A stretch of 64,000 nucleotides of DNA from an uncultured Candidatus Saccharibacteria bacterium. Its GTDB lineage: Bacteria; Patescibacteriota; Saccharimonadia; Saccharimonadales; Saccharimonadaceae. The DNA lies in the NCBI GenBank assembly GCA_947253285.1, contig CAMXXV010000001.1, positions 50,581 through 114,580 on the forward strand, written 5' to 3'. This document shows, in pieces, positions 57,979 through 64,000 of the stretch. The notes under the pieces were generated by a model. The model ran no database searches, had not been told where the DNA came from, and saw only the letters and a list, made by a program, of their open reading frames with translations. How positions within the stretch are numbered: position 1 is the stretch's first letter; each line of letters opens with the position of its first letter. The position numbers and the translations under genes were made by a program.

Positions 57979-59388
57979 ATGCAAAGCGAGATTGAACAGA
58001 TTGTAACTAATGTTAAATCAGGCAAAACTACAGCTCGTGCTGAAGTTGAGCAAGCTTTGGCGCGTGCTGAAGCTACCAAAGAGTTGCACGCTCTGCTTGA
58101 GGTATTTAAAGACGAAGCTTTGAAGCAGGCGGATGAAATTGACGCCAAGATTAAGGCTGGTCAGCCGGTTGGTCGTTTAGTGGGTGTGCCATATGTGGCC
58201 AAGGACAACTTTTTGACTAAAGTTGGCCATACGACTGCAGCAGCACACATTTTGGAGAATTTTAAGTCGCCAATCAACGCAACGGCAATTGATAAACTTG
58301 ACCGAGAAGATGCTATTTTGATTGGCAAGGCTAACCTAGATGCCTTTGCTCATGGCGGTTCGACTGAGAATAGCTATTTTGGGCCGACTCACAATGCAGT
58401 AGACTTTGGGCGCGTGCCGGGTGGTTCATCTGGCGGTTCAGCGGCGATTGTGGCAGCCGGTGTAGTGCCGTTTGCCTTAGGTACAGATACCGGTGGTTCG
58501 ATTCGCCAACCAGCAAGCTTTAATGGTGTGGTAGGTTTTAAGCCAACTTATGGTATGATTAGTCGCTATGGCGTAGTAGCGATGGCTAGTTCAACTGATG
58601 TGGTTGGGCCATTGGCGCGAACCGTACGCGATGCGGAAATTGTGTGTGACATTTTGGCCGGTCAAGACCAGCGCGATGGTAATGTCTATCCTAGCTACTT
58701 TAAGACCGAGCAGCCAGCCAAGTCGGGTCTGAAAATTGGTTTAATTAAAGATTTCATGACAGATGATGTTAACTCTGATGTCGTAAAGCAAACTAAGGCT
58801 ATGGTTGAGCACTTGCAAAAGCAGGGTGCTACGGTTGACGAAGTATCACTGCCGGCAGCCAAGTATGCGCTAGCTATGTATTACATTGTGGTTCCAGCTG
58901 AGGTGACTTCAAACCTGGGTCGGTTTGATGGTGTCCGTTATGGCTATCGTTCCAAGAATGCTAAATCGCTTGGCGATATCTACGGCATGAGCCGTAGTGA
59001 AGGCTTTATGGATGAAAACAAACGGCGTATCCTAATTGGTTCATATGTGTTGAGTTCCGGCTACTTCGATGCTTATTATCTCAAGGCACAGCGCGCTCGT
59101 ACGTTATTAATTAACGAATTCAACAAGCTGTTTGAGCAATATGATTACTTGATTTGCCCAACTGCACCAACGCCCGCCTTTAAATTAGGCGAAAACACTT
59201 CTGACCCGCTAAAGATGTATCTAGCGGATGCGATGACGGTGCCAGCAAGTATGGCTGGGTTGCCGGCTATTTCAGTGCCGAGTGGTAACACCACTGATGG
59301 TTTGCCGGTTGGTGTACAGTTGATTGGTAAAATGAAGGATGACGCCGGCGTTTTGGCGGTAGCAAAGCAAATGGAGGCTAAGGCTTAA
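57979..59388 (+). CDS. gatA: Asp/Glu-tRNA amidotransferase subunit A
   Basis: KDN, PGGSSGGS, GTDTGGSIRQPA, RRILIG. Confidence 0.97.
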   Translation: MQSEIEQIVTNVKSGKTTARAEVEQALARAEATKELHALLEVFKDEALKQADEIDAKIKAGQPVGRLVGVPYVAKDNFLTKVGHTTAAAHILENFKSPINATAIDKLDREDAILIGKANLDAFAHGGSTENSYFGPTHNAVDFGRVPGGSSGGSAAIVAAGVVPFALGTDTGGSIRQPASFNGVVGFKPTYGMISRYGVVAMASSTDVVGPLARTVRDAEIVCDILAGQDQRDGNVYPSYFKTEQPAKSGLKIGLIKDFMTDDVNSDVVKQTKAMVEHLQKQGATVDEVSLPAAKYALAMYYIVVPAEVTSNLGRFDGVRYGYRSKNAKSLGDIYGMSRSEGFMDENKRRILIGSYVLSSGYFDAYYLKAQRARTLLINEFNKLFEQYDYLICPTAPTPAFKLGENTSDPLKMYLADAMTVPASMAGLPAISVPSGNTTDGLPVGVQLIGKMKDDAGVLAVAKQMEAKA

Positions 59389-59816
59389 TGGGTGATTCGC
59401 CGCTCCCAATTATTTTGCTACTAGTTGTCATTGCGCTAATTGGCCTAGCACTACTTGCGATTATCTTTTTAACGCATGGTACCGCGAAGAAACTTGACCA
59501 AGCGCAATATCGTGCGGCATGGCTTGATATTGAGAATAACCTAGACAAAAACAATGCTGCAACTTATCAGTTTGCTATTATGTCGGCCGATAAACTGCTC
59601 GACCGAGCATTAAAGGAACTAGGCTATAAAGGTAATACCATGGCGGAGCGATTGAAATCAGCTAGTGGTGAAATAAAAAACCAGAAGGCGGTTTGGGCGG
59701 CACATCGGATTCGCAACAAGATAGTCCATGAGGTTGATACAAGAATTGATTTAAAGGTATCAAAGCAGATGCTAGACATTTATAAGACAGCACTAAAAGC
59801 AGTGGGCGCAATATAG
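59388..59816 (+). CDS. Membrane-anchored hypothetical protein within the gat operon
   Basis: N-terminal TM; ADKLLD.AL...WAAHRIRNKIVH (R-x4-H, HEPN-like). Confidence 0.7.
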   Translation: MGDSPLPIILLLVVIALIGLALLAIIFLTHGTAKKLDQAQYRAAWLDIENNLDKNNAATYQFAIMSADKLLDRALKELGYKGNTMAERLKSASGEIKNQKAVWAAHRIRNKIVHEVDTRIDLKVSKQMLDIYKTALKAVGAI

Positions 59817-59821
59817 GAGGA

Positions 59822-61315
59822 ATGATGAACGATTTAGGTAATGCAGGTGAACATGGTACAGTGATTGCCGGTGATGTAAAAAAATATTTGGTAAAGGGCT
59901 ACTTGCCGACGATTGGTATCGAGTGCCACGTGCAGCTCAATAGTAAGACAAAACTGTTTAGTGCCACAGATAATGATGCACGCGAGGCGGAACCGAACAC
60001 CAAAGTGAGCGTGATTGACTATGGTTTGCCGGGTATGTTGCCAATGCTAAACCGAGAAGCAATTCGTTTGGCGGCGCGCGCTGGCTATGCCCTTAACAGT
60101 AAAATCGCACATGTTAGCCGGTTTGACCGCAAGCATTATTTTTACCCAGATTTGCCAAAGGGCTATCAAATATCACAGATGTATGAGCCGTTGATTTTGG
60201 GCGGTCATGTTGATTTGCCAACCGGCGAAACAGTGCGTATTCACCATGCTCATGTTGAGGAAGATGCCGGCAAGTTGACGCACTTTAGCGACCACTCGTT
60301 AGTAGACTTAAATCGCGCCGGTACGCCTCTAGTGGAGATTGTGTCGGAGCCAGATATGCATTCAGCGGCAATGGCGCGGGCCTATACCGAAGAACTACAC
60401 CTTCTAATGACCTTTGCTAAGGTTACGTTGGGTGATTTGTATCATGGTAATATGCGCTTTGATGTTAATATCTCGGTGGCAAAGCCGGGTGAACCAATGG
60501 GTACGCGCACAGAGCTAAAGAATCTCAATTCATTCCGTGCTGTCGAGCGCGCTACGGAGTATGAGATTAATCGTCAAATTGCCGTGATTGAAGGCGGTGG
60601 TGAAGTTGAACAGCAGACGCGTGGTTGGTCGGAAGCGAAGCAGGAGACCTTTAAGCAGCGTGGTAAGGAAGATGCGCAGGACTATCGTTATATGCCAGAT
60701 GCGGATATTCCACCAGTGGTGTTGACGGATGATGACATTGCTAAGATGCAGGCAAATATGCCAATGATGCCGGCTGAATATCGAGCTAAATTCGCCGCCA
60801 TGCAGGTGGATGATTCTGTGGTGCGAGTGTTGCTTAATACTGAAATTGTCGCGGAATTGGTTGGCAAGATTATCGACCAAGCTGGCGACCAAGTGGCCCG
60901 CCGTATCGCTAACTTGTTTGCTTCCGCATTACCAAGTGAGGACGATACTGACGCCGCTAAGAAGGAACTAAATTTGCCGAGTGTTGAACATTTGGTTAAG
61001 CTAGCTCAGATGCTAGAACAAAAACAGGTATCTTCAACTGCTGGTAAGGAAATATTTGCTGAGCTATTAGTGAAGGATGCCGACCCAGAGGAGATTGCTA
61101 AGAGTAAGAATCTTTTGCAGGTGAGCGATACTGGCGCGATCGAAAAGGTCGTTGACGAAGTGATTGCCGACGCAGCTTGCCAAAAGGCGGTGGCTGACTT
61201 CAAGGCGGGTAACGAAAAAGTGATTGGTTTCTTGGTTGGTCAAGTAATGAAGGCTTCTAAAGGTAAAGCCAACCCAAGTCTTGCGCAGGATATTTTGCGC
61301 AAAAAGTTGCAATAG
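59822..61315 (+). CDS. gatB: Asp/Glu-tRNA amidotransferase subunit B
   Basis: IGIECH, RKHYFYPDLPKGYQISQ, EEDAGK, GFLVGQVMK. Confidence 0.97.
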   Translation: MMNDLGNAGEHGTVIAGDVKKYLVKGYLPTIGIECHVQLNSKTKLFSATDNDAREAEPNTKVSVIDYGLPGMLPMLNREAIRLAARAGYALNSKIAHVSRFDRKHYFYPDLPKGYQISQMYEPLILGGHVDLPTGETVRIHHAHVEEDAGKLTHFSDHSLVDLNRAGTPLVEIVSEPDMHSAAMARAYTEELHLLMTFAKVTLGDLYHGNMRFDVNISVAKPGEPMGTRTELKNLNSFRAVERATEYEINRQIAVIEGGGEVEQQTRGWSEAKQETFKQRGKEDAQDYRYMPDADIPPVVLTDDDIAKMQANMPMMPAEYRAKFAAMQVDDSVVRVLLNTEIVAELVGKIIDQAGDQVARRIANLFASALPSEDDTDAAKKELNLPSVEHLVKLAQMLEQKQVSSTAGKEIFAELLVKDADPEEIAKSKNLLQVSDTGAIEKVVDEVIADAACQKAVADFKAGNEKVIGFLVGQVMKASKGKANPSLAQDILRKKLQ

Positions 61316-61398
61316 CTAAGCGCTAGCAAAATCGGTGTGATATCATAGTAATAGGGGTTTGCCCCAGTACATTCGAGGGATATTAAAGGAGTTTAAAA

Positions 61399-62280
61399 AT
61401 GAGATATAAAATGCCTACCAAGGCAATTATCACTGATGCAGGTTATGCAAGCCGTTTCTTGCCAATCACCAAGACTATCCCGAAGGGTATGTTACCTATT
61501 TGGGACGTTCCAGTGATGCAGCTGGCAGTTGAGGAATGTGCCCAAGCAGGAATTGTTGATATCATCATTGTGACTACCCCAGAGGGTAAGCCGATTTATG
61601 AAGATTATTTCAACAATGGTGCGACACGTATTCGTAAGCAACTGCGCAGTCAGGGCAAGACCGACCGCTTTGAGAAGGTTAATCATGTGCTAAACTTTCC
61701 GAAGATTAGCATCATCGAGCAAGACCAAGCCTTGCCATATGGCAACGGTTCACCGCTAGTAACCGCTTACAAGCGAGATTTCATCTTCCCAGATGAAGCG
61801 TTTGTGGTAATTTATAGCGACGATGTGGTGTTTGGCTCATCTGATGTTGCTACTTTATTGGAGGCTTACGCGAAGCACTCTGATGCAGCAGGCGTGATTA
61901 TGACGCAGGAAATTGGTGAAGACCAAGTTGACAAGTATGGTATTGTTAAGCTAAAGAATGGCAATCTGCTTGACAACATTGTTGAAAAGCCAGAGATTGG
62001 CAAGGCACCATCGACCTTAGCGTCTTATGGGCGCTATCTGCTAACGCCAGAGATATTCGAGTATCTCAAGTCAAATGCTGTCGGTAAAGACCGCGAACTC
62101 TGGACGGTAGATGCTATTACGAAGTTAGCAATGCAAAAGCCAGTGTATGTTGAGCGAACCGATGGTCGCTGGCGTACTACGGGCGATCCGGAGAATTATT
62201 GCCGAGCAATGCTAAGCTACGTACATGACCATAACGAAGCTTGCTTTGACCGCTTGCGTGACTATATGATTAAACGATAA
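61399..62280 (+). CDS. UTP-glucose-1-phosphate uridylyltransferase-like nucleotidyltransferase
   Basis: AG...RFLPITKTIPK.MLP, VEKP, GRYLL. Confidence 0.85.
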   Translation: MRYKMPTKAIITDAGYASRFLPITKTIPKGMLPIWDVPVMQLAVEECAQAGIVDIIIVTTPEGKPIYEDYFNNGATRIRKQLRSQGKTDRFEKVNHVLNFPKISIIEQDQALPYGNGSPLVTAYKRDFIFPDEAFVVIYSDDVVFGSSDVATLLEAYAKHSDAAGVIMTQEIGEDQVDKYGIVKLKNGNLLDNIVEKPEIGKAPSTLASYGRYLLTPEIFEYLKSNAVGKDRELWTVDAITKLAMQKPVYVERTDGRWRTTGDPENYCRAMLSYVHDHNEACFDRLRDYMIKR

Positions 62281-62284
62281 TCCC

Positions 62285-62314
62285 AAAGGCCCAGCTATGC
62301 TGGGTCTTTTATTT
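62285..62314 (+). terminator. Terminator after the nucleotidyltransferase gene
   Basis: AAAGGCCCAGC-tat-GCTGGGTCTTTT. Confidence 0.65.
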
Positions 62315-62348
62315 GACTATTTATTATGTTTATGCTATATTTAGCTTA

Positions 62349-62639
62349 ATGGACGTATTTCAGATATTGGTTGTAATCTTGGCGATTGCGCTAGCTGTGT
62401 TTTTGGCGCTAGGAATTGCCCTTGCAATCATTCTGATTCGCATCTCGCGTAAGATTAAACACGTGGTCAGTAATGTTGAAGACATTAGTAATAATCTTTG
62501 CGAGAGTTCGCGCAATGTCAGGACTATCACTGCGTCGGTTAGCCAGTTGGTGTCGCCAGCGGTAGTTATGAAGGTGATAGTTAAATATATTAGGTATTAT
62601 TTAAATAAAAGGAGGAATAATCATGTCGAATCAGAATAA
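62349..62639 (+). CDS. Small membrane protein (YtxG/DUF948-like)
   Basis: N-terminal TM plus coiled coil; upstream of a YtxH gene. Confidence 0.6.
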   Translation: MDVFQILVVILAIALAVFLALGIALAIILIRISRKIKHVVSNVEDISNNLCESSRNVRTITASVSQLVSPAVVMKVIVKYIRYYLNKRRNNHVESE

Positions 62640-62946
62640 CAAATCCGGTGCTGGTAAGTTTGCGCTAGGTGCTCTGCTTGGTATTGCAGCTGGCGCTATC
62701 GTTGGTTTACTAACTGCACCAAAATCGGGTAAAGAGACGCGTGCTGATTTAGCCAATAAGGCTAATGAGTTAAAGGATGCAGCTACTCAGAAGGCAGCTG
62801 ACGTTAAGCAGGCGGCACAAGATGGTTTTGATGCTACGGCTGATATTGCAACTAAGCACGCTGGCAATATCTCTGATTTCGCTAAAGACGAAGCTCAAGA
62901 ATTAAAAGACGACATTGCAAATCTCCGCAAAAATACCCAAAAATAA
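62623..62946 (+). CDS. YtxH domain protein
   Basis: FALGALLG...GLLTAPKSGKETR. Confidence 0.9.
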   Translation: MSNQNNKSGAGKFALGALLGIAAGAIVGLLTAPKSGKETRADLANKANELKDAATQKAADVKQAAQDGFDATADIATKHAGNISDFAKDEAQELKDDIANLRKNTQK

Positions 62947-63087
62947 AGCTTGTGCGCTCTAGAATAGGCTCGCTATAAGCTAGGTTAAATAAGTCTAATC
63001 TATCACTCTATCTATATAACTAACCGACGAGCGATAGATTGTTAAGTTTCTGGACGGCAATTGAGTGTATTTTAAAATTACGGTATC

Positions 63088-63144
63088 AAAAAAGGCGATT
63101 CAGTGACCGCAGAATATGCATTCCACGATCCCAAATCGCCTTAT
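63088..63144 (-). ncRNA. Hairpin sRNA family, copy 3
   Basis: AUAAGGCGAUUUGG-GAUCGUGGAAU-GCAU-AUUCUGCGGUC-A-CUGAAUCGCCUUUUUU; promoter TTGACT (63179-74)-17-TATAAT (63156-51). Confidence 0.8.
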
Positions 63145-63199
63145 ACGTTTATTATATTAAATAAAGCTCAAAAAGTCAACGGGATTTTTATATAATACT

Positions 63200-63256
63200 A
63201 AAAAGGCGATTCAGCGACCGCGAACTATAGGTGCTCGCGATCCCAAATCGCCTTAT
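63200..63256 (-). ncRNA. Hairpin sRNA family, copy 4
   Basis: AUAAGGCGAUUUGG-GAUCGCGAGC-ACCUAUA-GUUCGCGGUC-G-CUGAAUCGCCUUUUU; promoter TTGACT (63291-86)-17-CAGAAT (63268-63). Confidence 0.78.
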
Positions 63257-63364
63257 ACTTCTATTCTGTCAAACTCCAATTAGAAAGTCAAGTTATTTGA
63301 CAAGGCATCTCTTATTACATTCAGTTGGCGTATAGGGTATATTAATATTAGGAGATATTCATAA

Positions 63365-63703
63365 ATGCAGGAGATAAGGATACCGTCAAATAGTATTAGA
63401 CGAGGTCATAACATATATGTCTTTGAGAAAAGAAATAAAAAAGACCAGATATATTGGGTAGATCACTTTTTATCTTACAAACCTAAAGTTGATTTTGGAG
63501 ATAGGATGATGGGTGAGTTATTAGTCTCTTTTGACCGCTATAGGATATTTAACTTATGGTGTGATTATCCATGGAAGTTTACACCAGAGCAAAAGGCGCT
63601 GTTTGATAAAGAAAATCCGTATTGGGCAAATTTCTTTAAGCGCCGTAATGGCACCGAACCACCAGCTAGTGACGAAGGCGCCCCGATACACTTTAAAGGC
63701 TAA
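63365..63703 (+). CDS. Small uncharacterised protein, paralogue 2 (same family as 32782..33075)
   Basis: AGGAG SD; identical DYPWKFTPEQKALFDKENPYWA block. Confidence 0.8.
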   Translation: MQEIRIPSNSIRRGHNIYVFEKRNKKDQIYWVDHFLSYKPKVDFGDRMMGELLVSFDRYRIFNLWCDYPWKFTPEQKALFDKENPYWANFFKRRNGTEPPASDEGAPIHFKG

Positions 63704-63777
63704 ATAAGTAAACGGGTAAATGTAAGGGTAGCTTTAGTGATTAGGTAGTCGTAAGCATATGTGCTATAATGGGCATA

Positions 63778-64000
63778 ATGAGTGAGGGGAAGTACGAATT
63801 TAAGCCCAGTGATTTCGTACACTTGCACAATCATACCACCTACAGTGTGCTTGACGGCATGACGCAGTTGGATGATTTGATTAGCAAGTGTAAGGAATTT
63901 GGCATGGAGGCGGCAGCGATTACCGACCATGGTACGTTGTCTGGTGTACTGACCTACTACAAGAAGGCGAACGCCGCTGGGCTCAAGCCGATTTTAGGTA
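63778..64000 (+). CDS. dnaE: DNA polymerase III alpha subunit (5' fragment, runs off the window)
   Basis: Hand translation MSEGKYEFKPSDFVHLHNHTTYSVLDG...AAITDHG...GLKPILG matches the PHP domain; not in the ORF track. Confidence 0.93.
   Translation, partial: MSEGKYEFKPSDFVHLHNHTTYSVLDGMTQLDDLISKCKEFGMEAAAITDHGTLSGVLTYYKKANAAGLKPILG

Noticed and set aside
63088..63256. The repeated units as a mini CRISPR array or simple terminators
   Set aside because: The variable part is a paired stem inside each unit, the sequence between units is promoter, no cas genes are in the window, and no - strand gene lies upstream to terminate.

Overview
The window comes from a small-genome bacterium. Gene content and order suggest Patescibacteria/CPR, probably Saccharibacteria (TM7); this is an inference from the compact gap-rpiB-rpe-tktN-tktC-fba-pfkB cluster, an rpsP-khpA-trmD cluster without rimM, and frequent leaderless-type starts. 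Bases 1 to ~18,500 are the right part of a siphovirus-like prophage: tape measure, an Ltp-type superinfection-exclusion moron, tail genes carrying a large DUF11-like repeat insert, a lysis module, and a convergent early/recombination arm. No integrase or att site is visible. Bases ~18,900-64,000 are host housekeeping genes plus one tRNA-Gln. The most unusual signals are non-coding. (1) Four copies of a ~57-nt hairpin RNA show compensatory base changes; three have their own TTGACT-17-(T/C)ANAAT promoter. They sit as tandem pairs divergent from two paralogous small uncharacterised genes (32.6-33.1 kb and 63.1-63.7 kb), suggesting an RNA+protein module. (2) A ~280-nt promoter-to-terminator RNA with several stems and two possible pseudoknots lies at the prophage edge (18.58-18.86 kb). 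(3) A nested long inverted repeat lies in the phage early arm, and there are several further sRNA candidates. The phage tail region also shows an in-frame TGA at a probable Gly position and a tail gene apparently split by an adhesin-like insert. All structure pairings were worked out by hand and all family assignments come from motif recognition, not database searches.
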